The translations under genes and the position numbers were made by a program. A model generated the notes under the pieces. That model saw only the letters and a list, made by a program, of their open reading frames with translations. It was not told the DNA's origin and did not search any database. DNA of 64,000 nt, taken from positions 62,001-126,000 of the forward strand of contig JBDOQK010000035.1 in NCBI GenBank assembly GCA_040437565.1, in the 5' to 3' direction. The first letter of the stretch is position 1. Each line of letters begins with the position of its first letter. This DNA is from Albugo candida. Its lineage: Eukaryota. Below are positions 12,598-24,724 of this stretch, piece after piece.

Positions 12598-14102
12598 TCA
12601 GAATCGCGATACATCTCGTCCCACAATCATGGCTTTGAGCCAGTCTAGAGGCACCTGCATTCGTAAGCGCCAGCTTCCAAGTTGTGTGAGGTATGCGCTA
12701 CGCCAGATGAACCAGGCTTTCCATCCACTAGCTCGAGCCAATACTCCATCAGGATGCTTTCGACTTTTCAGTTCGAATAATCCTTCATAAGAGCCTAAGT
12801 ACGCCATCATACCTCTGCTTTGAAAGTGATAAGGAGCGACATGACCATCTTTCCCGCTTGATAGGGACTGACGTAATAATTGACTCAAATAAATCGCCTG
12901 ACCTTGAGCCTTTTGCGCTGTTGCAGGCAAGGGAGAGTCTACAATTTCTGCACAATCGCCAATGGAAAAGACATTCGACTTCATAGCGAGTCCGAAAATG
13001 GATTCTTTCTCAACTTGAGGTACTCCGAGCACTTGGCAGTATTCATTGGTCAAAATATTTCCACGTGAGCTTTTATCGCAAATATTGAGTGATTTCGTCA
13101 GTTCGTTCGGACCAACACCCGCTGTCCATACAACCAAACCACATGGAATTCGTGTTCCGCTTTTCAGGATAACGCCGTCTTCCAATACTTCTTTACAATT
13201 ATCTTTGACAAGGCGTAAGGTCGCACGCGAAGACAGCTTTCGCAGGGCGAAATCACGCAGATGCTGATCGAAACCCGTGAGAATCTCTCCTGAATCCACC
13301 AAGCTAATGACGACATACTTGGACGCCAAAGGATACAATCGAGCTAAATCCTGAACGAGGAAATCATTAAGTTCGCCACAGAATTCAACACCTGTTGGAC
13401 CACCGCCCACAACCACAAAGTGTAATAATCGACTTTTCTCTTCTTCGGTGATGCCTGGCTGTGTGCTCAGCTCAAAATTCTCCAAGATACGCATGCGTAT
13501 GGCACGAGCGTGATGTAATTCTTTTAAAAAGAAGGCGTGACGCTCTACGCCTGGAAGACCAAAGGTTACAGGTTGCGCACCGCATGCGATCACGAGTGTA
13601 TCGTAATGGATGTTATAAGTATGATTGTTTAGTTCGCTCTGAACACCGACTTTTTTCTGAATTGGGTCAATGGACCGAACATTTGCAACAAGAAAATCTT
13701 CTTCATGGCGCAAATGGTTATCGCGTATCGGCTCTACGATAGAGCGAAATTCCAGTGTGCCGACAGTAGTGCTCGCAAGAAGTGGTGTGTAGAGAAAGTG
13801 CTAGAAAGAATTTTCTCGTCACAACCCAATTTGAGATGCATAGCACGTACGTTACGCTTAGATATGATAACAACATCCACAGCATTTTTGACAGATTTCT
13901 CAATCTCACGACGATGTTTCCTGCATTCGTGAAAAAATTTGTATCCAGCCCATCCCGAGCCGATAATAACGAGTTTATAGTTGCTTGAATGATTGTTCAA
14001 TGCTTCGTCGCCCATAATGGATGACAATTCAGTCGATAACGCGCGCCATCGCTGCAACCTGCTCGATCTCGCGACCAATTTCTGAAAGATCATTGCATTC
14101 AT
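12598..14102 (-). CDS. Type II (alternative) NADH:ubiquinone oxidoreductase, mitochondrial; exons 14102-13851 and 13800-12598
   Basis: KLVIIGSGWAG. A 50-nt GT..AG intron (13850-13801) joins ISKRN to HFLYTPLLASTTVGTLEFRSIVEP. Also VVVGGGPTGVEFCGE, LVVWTAGV, PATAQKA, WRSAYL and GRDVSRF. Confidence 0.93.
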
Positions 14103-15039
14103 TCGTTGCACTGCAAAGAATCCAACTGTACGTATACTTGATCCACTATACACGTATATCCATCAACAACAGTTCAGCGGTCTGGCTCGTGCCGAGCCAT
14201 CCCCCAAATGATTGGCGCACAACTCTCCACTTGAAATGAAGCAACCAGTTCCATTCTTCAGTCTTCAATCTTCTTTGAATAGTGTACATCCAATTCAATA
14301 CCATCGATATGATAAGAAAAACTTCTTTCCCCATACGATCGACGCTGAGCAGATCTGAAAGAGCCAACGTTCTTGCCAGTGCGTTTGGTTAAAGTTTGAT
14401 CGATTTTTCGGATCATGAGGACAAATTACTTAGGACACCTTCCGAAGGATTCTTAGGACTTCACTGTGGACTCTATATGTATTCATACTGTCTGAATCCA
14501 ATTAGTGCGCGTATCTGACTTTCGTGTAGTTGCGTTGATGAATGAAAGCATGATGTGTATTTGATTTCAGTACAAATGTACAGAGATATGAAAACACAAC
14601 GATTTTCTGCTGCCTTCCAACTGAGCTCCTTTGTGATTTGAGAATGTGATGATATGGATCAAGTGCATAGTTCAACAGAATTTTTCATGTTGAGGAATTC
14701 CATCGAATGTCTTTCGCTCCTATCTGATTCTTCCAAATGTTTTGGTAGCACGAGAATGAGGACAAAAGATTGGGAATCTCTCTGATTCAGACGCAAAAGT
14801 GTTCTGTTTGAAGAAAAACCGTCATCCTTGTACTGACTCGAATTCTTATATACCACTTGACCGATCTTGGAACAAGATGAATCAATAATAATCCAACTCT
14901 GAAGCCTATGTGTTGAGTAAACAGAGCTTTTTAACACTGATTCCAAATTGATCGGTCCGTGTAACGGCATGATTCTTCAGATGTTTGCTGTGGTCTTCCG
15001 CGTAGCATATCTTCTTCTCAAAGTGCCTATAATGATCTC

Positions 15040-17476
15040 TCAGATAGATACTTGTCGCACTTGTGTAAGTGTTGACACAATCGTCTATGAGACAGCCAAT
15101 ATATAATAAATCTGCGTCCATTTGAACGCATTAAGATCGACATACTTGACATTTGTGTACTTCATACATTAGCATCATCGTCGAGTACTTTGCACGACGA
15201 AACGTATCGAATTGATAATGAGCCTGTTCGCTATTTCGAAGCATATCGGTTCTGTAGTCTAAAAAAGTACACGATATGTCTGGGATCTCGACTTGATCGA
15301 GATATGAGTCCTCCACGCGTTTCCTCACAAGTGATATCACGAATAGGGAATCTCGACAAGCTTGCACGGAGTCCACAACACGCGATCGAATCGTATCTCG
15401 ATGCATTTGGACTTCCAATGATGCGGATGATCCTCTGCCTCGTTTTCCTGGATACTTTAGTAATAGTTCGACTTGAGCAGGCCAGAAATCGCCATCAAAT
15501 AAAGGAGGTAACTTCACTTCGTTACGCAGAGTCTCTTCCAATGTCTCGAATTCAGTGCCATATAAATCATCACAGGATGCAATCACACCAACCTGTTGTC
15601 CTCGTTCGACCATTTGAAGATACCACTTCTGTAAACGCTCTTTTGCAGGATTCTTTTGGGACGTTGGATGACACCAATATATGAAATCACCCCCGCGGGT
15701 CGTTGGACACGCCCAAATATGAATCCACATATATCCTCTTTCCTTGCAAAATGCAAAGTACGAAAGAAGAATTTCTTGGTACAATGCCGTCCGTATCCTT
15801 CGTGGACGCATGTAGATCAGACTATCTATGTAGGCGAGGTAGACTCGATTTCGATTGAAGACCAAGGAGCATTGATGATCGTATTCTTGCACATACATGA
15901 AGAAGATGCAGACTTCGATCTTGTTGATGCGTTGAAACACACAAATCGCCTTTGATGTGTATTCGACTTGATCAGGGTACTTGAGGTTCTTGGTCCCGAA
16001 ATGCAGTCTTACCGCTTCAGGGATCTTGTGATTGGTCTTGATAGATGAAACCACACGTACAGTGATGGATTCTGCTAGCTCTGATTCACCCATTCGACTA
16101 AACCGATCCATAATCCAAGTCTCCATGAATTTTGACAACGAGGTCTCTTTCAAGCAATTGCTGCATGCGAATCCATTCAGAAGACCCGTCTCATGCTCCA
16201 TAATATCACTTCCACAAAAGTCTGTTTGCTCCGGATTACAGCCGTGTTTAAAAATCTCACTTGTTTCCACTGAAGATTCATCCACAGACATCGAATCAAT
16301 GCCGTATTCTTCGATTCCCATTTCATCTCCACCATTGACTTTTTCCAACCGCTTTTGTCGACACAGCGGGCAAACATACGGAGTCAACTTTTGGCGGTTG
16401 TCATTATTCACGGCTGCATTGAATAAAGAACACACCTGATGAGCCCATCCGTTGCATTCATCACACTGGACCCAAGGCTCTGTCACCTTATCGGTGAATT
16501 TATCCTTGATGAGCTCACATTTAGCAATCGAACGGTCTTGTGTATTGTCCACCTCGATCCATTTCGGTAGCGTCGTAAAGCACTTGGCACACCAATGATG
16601 TTTGGAATCTAAAGTTCTGTAATAAATAGCATAGCGTCTGATACGTTGTCGACAGGGTCCGATACAGATGAGAAGAGGAGGCTCGAAATGGATGCATTTC
16701 TCTAAACATATGCCACATACATTCGACAAACAAGACGAGCATGAGTGTTGATCTCTCTGTTTCGTCTTTAGTCTTTGTTTGAGTTGATAGCGAGCATAAT
16801 CTGCTTCAAAGTCAGTGAGAATACGTTTAGCAGCTTCATGTACCATGTGCCCAGTTGGATTGAACAGGCAAGCATTCGAAAAGACCAAACGGATATCCGT
16901 AGCGCATTCTTCTGGTGTGGCGTACTCCAATTGTATACATTTGGTTTTCACGGTACTTAAATCCATAGGATGTTGGATAATCGCAAAATAGTGTGGTATT
17001 TGTAACTTTTCAGGATCCACAGGAGCATTGAAGAAATTACGGTTGCTGCGATGCGCCATAAGACGATTTACGATGCTTAGTAACGGATGAAGAAAACTTT
17101 CACATCGTGTATCGCGAATGTGTTTCTGAATAACAGCAGCGGAGCAACGATCGAGCGGGGAATACAAAATAGAGCTTTCCTTTGCGGACGGAAAGTGGAG
17201 TGTTGGTCGATCTTTCCCTTCAGAATTAGTTTCCTTCCATTTTTTATTGCATGGAAATTCACAAGATGAGCAGTTATCTTGACATAAAAGTGGTCGTGTA
17301 CGTTTCCTGACTGCGATTTCGGGTGAATTCTTTGGATTGTTTGTTGGCGATATTGTACGATGAGGCTGCATGAACTCCAACGGATTGTGTGGCACATTCG
17401 TGGCACACGCAGCCGACTTTACATGTTGATGGTACGTTTCGTTTTGACTTTTTTGTACCGAGGCTGTAAAAACCAT
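15040..17476 (-). CDS. p300/CBP-type histone acetyltransferase (bromodomain, RING/PHD, KAT11 HAT domain); probable 3' intron 15145-15085
   Basis: Bromodomain (FNAPVDP..PHYFAIIQHPMDL..FSNACLFN), EPWVQCDECNGWAHQVC, RVYLAYIDS, HIWACP, GDFIYWCHP, RLQKWY, FDGDFWP and RRAKYSTMML. The unspliced ORF ends at 15131; a GTATGT..CATAG intron would give a stop at 15040. Confidence 0.92.
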
Positions 17477-17869
17477 TAGGTTTTTTTGCCCTGAATGTTT
17501 GTTTATATCGTTTTTATCAATAAAGGTCGGATGACAGTCAACTTTGAANNNNNNNNNNNNNNNNNNNNNNNNNNNNNNNNNNNNNNNNNNNNNNNNNNNN
17601 NNNNNNNNNNNNNNNNNNNNNNNNNNNNNNNNNNNNNNNNNNNNNNNNTATCAATAAAGGTCGGATGACAGTCAACTTTGAAAAAAAAGAAAGACTTGAG
17701 ATTGATAGAGTTTGTAAACAGGCATGACGTGGGAGATTGCCATTGGCCAAAAAAGTTCACCAGTCATGACACCCGAAGAGATGCGTCATCGTGGCCATTG
17801 GCAGATCGCTATCCTTTGCGCCAAACGTATCAGATGGTTCAACAACCGTCGATTATATACTCTTTGATT

Positions 17870-19816
17870 TCATGCATGTCTTCTCATCTCCTCCAGCTTC
17901 GCTAGCAACTCCTCATGTTTCTCACATTCCTTCTGAAATTCTCTGATCGCTGCAACATAAGCGTGCTCCTTTTGTTGTAGGATCTGGAATCGATGCTCCA
18001 GTGTGTCAATTTCTGCTTGACGCAGCGCCAACACTGTTTGATGCCTTTGTATTGTTTCATGTATATTGTGCGCAACGACATCCAATTGTTCCAACAAGCT
18101 GATTTGTGCCGACTTTGATGCAGCGACCTCGTCAACTTGCACCGATACACTCCCAATTAGTGTGGTTTCCTTGACAAGAAACTCCAATTTCTTCTTTAGT
18201 GTGTTGTACGTTGCATAATACTTTCGGGTTTCCTCTAAATGAAGGGCGACCTCATCCGATAGTTCGGAATAGCGCTTCTCATACTGCAAGACTTCCAACT
18301 GGCACGGCACTTGATCGATACGTTGTTGTAATATATGAATACTGCGAGTTTTGTCGCCGATACGGCACGCCAACTCGCCCAAGCGATCCTCCATCCGTGC
18401 GTATGTAATCTTGAGATCGTCGCACTTGGCAGCAGATAGCTGATTGCGGATACGTGCCATTCTTGCTTCCCTTTCTTGCGCTTCCCTGCGGCACTTTGCT
18501 CTAAACTCACTTTTTCGGTGCTTGAGCTCATCGTTTTCGATAATAAGATCTTTCAGGTCGCGAACAAGCGAAGTTCTTTCCATTGCGCTCTTTTCTACTT
18601 CAATTAGCCGCGCTTTTTCGTCTCCAAGCTGTTCCATTGCCTCGATATATATGTTCTTCTGAGCTTCCAGTTCGATTCGCCTATCTTGCACTGATTTAAG
18701 CTTTTCCTTTAAATCAACCTCAAGAGAGCGTTTATCAAAATGCTTCTTTTGGGGCAGATGCTCGTCTTTTTCCTCGATCTTTGTCACCTGATTCAGAATC
18801 TCTACTTCTTGCATCTTTTGGAGCTCTAAACGTTTCATTTGGTCTGATAAAGCTTGACTCTCGGCTTGCTCATACATCTTTTCGAAAAAATCTTCAGCTT
18901 TTGATTTCTTGTGCTTTGATTGGAGTTGACGATCACTTTTAGCATTGTTGGCCAATTCTCCCATTTTAAGTAAATCATCATCATCTTCATTCGACTCAAG
19001 CTGAGAGGGATGTATCACTTTGTAGTGAGCCTCATGATTGAATGTAATTCGTTCGCCGTACTCCAACAAGCAACTCTGAATTCTGGCTTGTTCTGTAGCG
19101 TTTTTCTTCCATTCCAAAAACTCTTCTCCTGTACGATACTTCCATCTCCTTTGTGGGTGGAAATGCTGTTCGATCGCTCCAAGCATTTCATTGTGTATCT
19201 TTGGCAAAACTTCTTCCTTTTTACTAGTGTGTCTGTTTCTGTACTTTTCCACAGCATAACGAGTTTCATCAGAAGAAAAGCGATGCGAATCGAGCGAGCG
19301 CTTTAGCTTTTCCGCCGACTTTATCCTATCATCTTCGAGAACCGCAAGCAGCCACTCGATGACATTCTTGACAGTAGAGATATCTCCATAATCTTGTAGT
19401 AACAGCTGATGCGGCTGGATCGGATAAGGACACGTCATTGAGCCTTCGGTGATATTTTTTGTGTGTAAAGAGCTCAAACTCACAAGTCGTAAAATGATCT
19501 CTTGCGCAACGACCAGACGGGATTTTAGACTATCATGCTTCTGAAAGAGGAAATCGCACTGGATTCGCCCAACTTGTGCTTGTTCCCGCGGTATCAGCTG
19601 CTGAAGAATCCAAGCGATTCCTCCGATGATGCGTTCATACACAGAGAGATTTTGAGACCGCGCACGGTGATAATTGGCGGACGATAACATTTGAAGAATA
19701 CAGGTGATCCGATCGTATGCATCGCTGTGGTCTCCATATTCGGCAAACACGTGAAATGTGTCATTTGCTTTATGCGCAACGGATTCTGCCAAAGATTTCG
19801 TGTCGCGTGCAAACAT
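17870..19816 (-). CDS. CCDC93: Coiled-coil domain-containing protein 93 (CCC/Commander complex)
   Basis: ANYHRAR..ERIIGGIAW, CPYPIQPHQL and VPCQLEVLQYEKRYSEL..ETRKYYATYNTL match CCDC93 motifs. First ATG at 19816. Confidence 0.85.
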   Translation of the reverse strand: MFARDTKSLAESVAHKANDTFHVFAEYGDHSDAYDRITCILQMLSSANYHRARSQNLSVYERIIGGIAWILQQLIPREQAQVGRIQCDFLFQKHDSLKSRLVVAQEIILRLVSLSSLHTKNITEGSMTCPYPIQPHQLLLQDYGDISTVKNVIEWLLAVLEDDRIKSAEKLKRSLDSHRFSSDETRYAVEKYRNRHTSKKEEVLPKIHNEMLGAIEQHFHPQRRWKYRTGEEFLEWKKNATEQARIQSCLLEYGERITFNHEAHYKVIHPSQLESNEDDDDLLKMGELANNAKSDRQLQSKHKKSKAEDFFEKMYEQAESQALSDQMKRLELQKMQEVEILNQVTKIEEKDEHLPQKKHFDKRSLEVDLKEKLKSVQDRRIELEAQKNIYIEAMEQLGDEKARLIEVEKSAMERTSLVRDLKDLIIENDELKHRKSEFRAKCRREAQEREARMARIRNQLSAAKCDDLKITYARMEDRLGELACRIGDKTRSIHILQQRIDQVPCQLEVLQYEKRYSELSDEVALHLEETRKYYATYNTLKKKLEFLVKETTLIGSVSVQVDEVAASKSAQISLLEQLDVVAHNIHETIQRHQTVLALRQAEIDTLEHRFQILQQKEHAYVAAIREFQKECEKHEELLAKLEEMRRHA

Positions 19817-21114
19817 CTTGAATTGTTGCACGAAGGTGACGGAAGTACCGTTACATGCGGCCTTCTCGTGATGTAAAAGCGCTTGTCTTTCCCAAAAAAA
19901 AAGCAGACTCGAGCGCAAACTGATTACGGTAGGTAGCACTTAGCTAGTCTGACTTTAGTGGAATGCTTCAACAAGTTTGCGTGATTGTATTCTGATTAAC
20001 GCCCCAGAAGCCGTTAAGGTTAGCTGTAAAAGCCGCTTACCAAAATTCCAAGGTCATTGATATTAGCGAATGGTTACATTTCAAAGAACAAAAGGATCAC
20101 ACTGTCGTAATTGAGGTACTTGTTGCCGTTAGCACATTTTGCGCATTATTATTGACGAAGTTTCAAAATTCAATATAAATCCGTTACAAAGATCAGTCGA
20201 TCATTTCACATAACAGCAACCAAACTGTAACTTGCGACACTCAGTGAAAACGACACACACAGCTCTTAAGAAAATCAAGCCACTAGTATTTTATTTTCGT
20301 TACGAAAACGCTTATCCGCGACAGCCCTTTCGTGGTCGACGGATTCGCCAAGGGAGACTTCGAATATGTGATATTTCTAGCTTACACAATAAGTCCTTTG
20401 AGCTTTTGAGCTGCATCAGAAGCATGTTCTAAACCACCTGTGGTGTCAAGATCATCATTGTAGTGTTGAAGCTCCTAGCATTTGTAAAGCAAGAAAAAAT
20501 AGCACGGCACTGTTAATTACATCGGCAGCCGTAGAGGTCAACAGAGGTACCTTATCAAAAATGTGTGCACTCCAATCAGCACCTGTTATAAACAGCATGA
20601 GTCAAGAGAAGACATCAGATAAAGACACGGTGCCACTCTTGAATGTTTCATTACTCGTAATGACAATCGTACAATTACAAGAATCAGCTTATTTCTTAAA
20701 TTAATTATAAAAAACAAAACACAAAAATTGGAGGATAAGACGATACAGGTAAGTAAGGTGTAACAAAGCGTGGTGATGATTGCGTGGCCTGCTTTCCGCC
20801 GCATCTCGCAACTGCACAAAATCTCTTAGATGTGTTATTCTGACAACGTGATGTAGACTAGTCTATACTCTAGATATGCAAAAACTATACCCATATTCGT
20901 ACCCATACATAATCCACTTAATTACATCCCAATATGCTTTCGCTACGCAAACAGTCGTAACACACAAACGATCGACAGTCTAATGAAATTTTCATGAGCG
21001 TTATTTATTGCACTTGTTTCATCCAGTCAAATTCGCTATGAATATTAGTCAATAGGATTCGACGGCAGCTAAACGTCACGAAAAAGGTTTCTAACCAAAC
21101 GCGCAGCGATCATT

Positions 21115-21801
21115 ATGACGTCTCAATGCACTTTGGTAGCCGATAACACAGACGATGCGGTGCAGTTACTTCTCGGCTGTATCGCACTCACGACTTTGTA
21201 TATAAAATGGTACCTGGAGAGTCCTCGTCGATCGCTACAAGTATGGTTTTTTGACGCAATGAAGCAAGGTACTTGTGCCGCAATGATTCACATTCTGAAT
21301 ATATTGGTCGCAATAAGAACGGCTGAAGCTACTGATGAAGCAAAAGTTGCCGATCAATGCGCCTTTTATTTTCTCAATTTCGTTATCGATACAACCGTCG
21401 GAGTCTATGTAGCCTATCATTTGCTGCAATTTGTGACGTCTCTAGCTGTAAGCGAATTATGTTCCCTGAAGGTACCCATGACACTGAGTACTCGCATGTT
21501 GTAAGGTTCGTTGGAGCTGGACAGCACTCAAGAATCCTGGACGATATGGCGATCCTCCGTCCTTAAGAGTATGGTGGGCGCAGCTATGGGAATGGTTTGC
21601 TGTTCTGTTTCTCATGAAATCTATCGTTGCCGCATTTATATTCATCTTTCGCATTCCGTTGGCTTGGATGGGATCGATTATTTTCTATCCATTTCGTGCC
21701 CATCCAAAAGTCGAATTGATTATTGTTATGATTGGATGTCCTCTGATTATGAATATGATACAATTTTGGATACAAGACAGCTTTTTGAAGGATCAAACTA
21801 A
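21115..21801 (+). other. Partial duplicate copy of the STIMATE gene (assembly overlap 19948-21801 = 21902-23755)
   Basis: Apparently identical to the sequence after the 100-N gap at 21802-21901; truncated at the gap. Confidence 0.85.
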
Positions 21802-23069
21802 NNNNNNNNNNNNNNNNNNNNNNNNNNNNNNNNNNNNNNNNNNNNNNNNNNNNNNNNNNNNNNNNNNNNNNNNNNNNNNNNNNNNNNNNNNNNNNNNNNN
21901 NGTCTGACTTTAGTGGAATGCTTCAACAAGTTTGCGTGATTGTATTCTGATTAACGCCCCAGAAGCCGTTAAGGTTAGCTGTAAAAGCCGCTTACCAAAA
22001 TTCCAAGGTCATTGATATTAGCGAATGGTTACATTTCAAAGAACAAAAGGATCACACTGTCGTAATTGAGGTACTTGTTGCCGTTAGCACATTTTGCGCA
22101 TTATTATTGACGAAGTTTCAAAATTCAATATAAATCCGTTACAAAGATCAGTCGATCATTTCACATAACAGCAACCAAACTGTAACTTGCGACACTCAGT
22201 GAAAACGACACACACAGCTCTTAAGAAAATCAAGCCACTAGTATTTTATTTTCGTTACGAAAACGCTTATCCGCGACAGCCCTTTCGTGGTCGACGGATT
22301 CGCCAAGGGAGACTTCGAATATGTGATATTTCTAGCTTACACAATAAGTCCTTTGAGCTTTTGAGCTGCATCAGAAGCATGTTCTAAACCACCTGTGGTG
22401 TCAAGATCATCATTGTAGTGTTGAAGCTCCTAGCATTTGTAAAGCAAGAAAAAATAGCACGGCACTGTTAATTACATCGGCAGCCGTAGAGGTCAACAGA
22501 GGTACCTTATCAAAAATGTGTGCACTCCAATCAGCACCTGTTATAAACAGCATGAGTCAAGAGAAGACATCAGATAAAGACACGGTGCCACTCTTGAATG
22601 TTTCATTACTCGTAATGACAATCGTACAATTACAAGAATCAGCTTATTTCTTAAATTAATTATAAAAAACAAAACACAAAAATTGGAGGATAAGACGATA
22701 CAGGTAAGTAAGGTGTAACAAAGCGTGGTGATGATTGCGTGGCCTGCTTTCCGCCGCATCTCGCAACTGCACAAAATCTCTTAGATGTGTTATTCTGACA
22801 ACGTGATGTAGACTAGTCTATACTCTAGATATGCAAAAACTATACCCATATTCGTACCCATACATAATCCACTTAATTACATCCCAATATGCTTTCGCTA
22901 CGCAAACAGTCGTAACACACAAACGATCGACAGTCTAATGAAATTTTCATGAGCGTTATTTATTGCACTTGTTTCATCCAGTCAAATTCGCTATGAATAT
23001 TAGTCAATAGGATTCGACGGCAGCTAAACGTCACGAAAAAGGTTTCTAACCAAACGCGCAGCGATCATT

Positions 23070-23892
23070 ATGACGTCTCAATGCACTTTGGTAGCCGATA
23101 ACACAGACGATGCGGTGCAGTTACTTCTCGGCTGTATCGCACTCACGACTTTGTATATAAAATGGTACCTGGAGAGTCCTCGTCGATCGCTACAAGTATG
23201 GTTTTTTGACGCAATGAAGCAAGGTACTTGTGCCGCAATGATTCACATTCTGAATATATTGGTCGCAATAAGAACGGCTGAAGCTACTGATGAAGCAAAA
23301 GTTGCCGATCAATGCGCCTTTTATTTTCTCAATTTCGTTATCGATACAACCGTCGGAGTCTATGTAGCCTATCATTTGCTGCAATTTGTGACGTCTCTAG
23401 CTGTAAGCGAATTATGTTCCCTGAAGGTACCCATGACACTGAGTACTCGCATGTTGTAAGGTTCGTTGGAGCTGGACAGCACTCAAGAATCCTGGACGAT
23501 ATGGCGATCCTCCGTCCTTAAGAGTATGGTGGGCGCAGCTATGGGAATGGTTTGCTGTTCTGTTTCTCATGAAATCTATCGTTGCCGCATTTATATTCAT
23601 CTTTCGCATTCCGTTGGCTTGGATGGGATCGATTATTTTCTATCCATTTCGTGCCCATCCAAAAGTCGAATTGATTATTGTTATGATTGGATGTCCTCTG
23701 ATTATGAATATGATACAATTTTGGATACAAGACAGCTTTTTGAAGGATCAAACTAATGGCGAAATCATGCCTTTAGTCCGCAAGGATGAGTCGTGTTGTA
23801 CGTTTGTACCGTTGGGAGAGTATCCTTTGAAAGAAGATGCTATGCGAACATCCACAACCACCAATGTGATGGACATGTACGAAGAGCTCTAG
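23070..23892 (+). CDS. STIMATE/TMEM110-family membrane protein; exons 23070-23402 and 23461-23892
   Basis: ESPRRSLQVWFFDAMKQG and DQCAFYFLNFVIDTTVG. A 58-nt intron links to GRYGDPPSLRVWWAQL and ELIIVMIGCPLIMNMIQFWIQDSFLK. Confidence 0.88.
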
Positions 23893-24724
23893 CTCGCGTA
23901 AACACATCTCGAATGACACACCTGTGATTATTTAATGAATACGATACCGTGTACACAAGGTAGCGTGGCATATTCTAAACTAGGATATCCATCAAATGTA
24001 TACTGTATACCTCGTCAATGTATTCGAATCTGATTCTACTCATTTCTCCGTACGTAACGCTTTGTTCCCTCTTTTCCAAGAAAACCGGTATCACCGACCT
24101 CACCGTTGCAACTCGAATTATTTCCAAGAGTCAGACAAAGTATGACAATGGACGATTTCGTGCAACGAATACGCTGTTTTCTGCAGGAAAAACAGGTATC
24201 AGAAGCTCGTGAGACCTTCCGTCAACTCGTGCAGTTACATGCGCAAGCTCCCATTCTACAACACTTGACATCAATTCTTCGTGATTTTTACTTGGCCGGA
24301 CTTTTTGACTTGGATATTGTATTGGAATTCATCGAATCCCTACCTTGCTGGCAATGGACATTGGATGGATGCGTCATTCTCCACCAAGTCAACACAATTT
24401 TCCGTACGGCTTCCAATCGCTCGTTTTCAGCTGTCCTGACGCTCCCTTTGGCGTACTTTATCCATTCCTTATTACATCGTCTCGAAGACGCCGCTAAAAT
24501 CCGTGCAGATGCGTACTGGTTTGAATGGTTCCCATCGTCTATCCGAGCCATTGTGATGGGCCATCCAGTCACGATACAATCGCCACTTCGAGAGCAAGTG
24601 TTAATCGCTCCCGACTCCCNNNNNNNNNNNNNNNNNNNNNNNNNNNNNNNNNNNNNNNNNNNNNNNNNNNNNNNNNNNNNNNNNNNNNNNNNNNNNNNNN
24701 NNNNNNNNNNNNNNNNNNNTGACA

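Noticed and set aside
14659-15121. Small minus-strand ORFs downstream of the HAT gene, one in frame after its stop (possible readthrough or zinc finger)
   Set aside because: Better explained by a canonical intron at 15145-15085; Cys/His spacing does not fit a known finger.
19948-23755. 1.85-kb tandem duplication of STIMATE and its upstream region
   Set aside because: Apparently identical copies separated exactly by a 100-N gap. The same pattern occurs at gaps near 6545, 17549, 24620, 34447, 41117, 49974, 60115 and 61482, so it is an assembly artefact.
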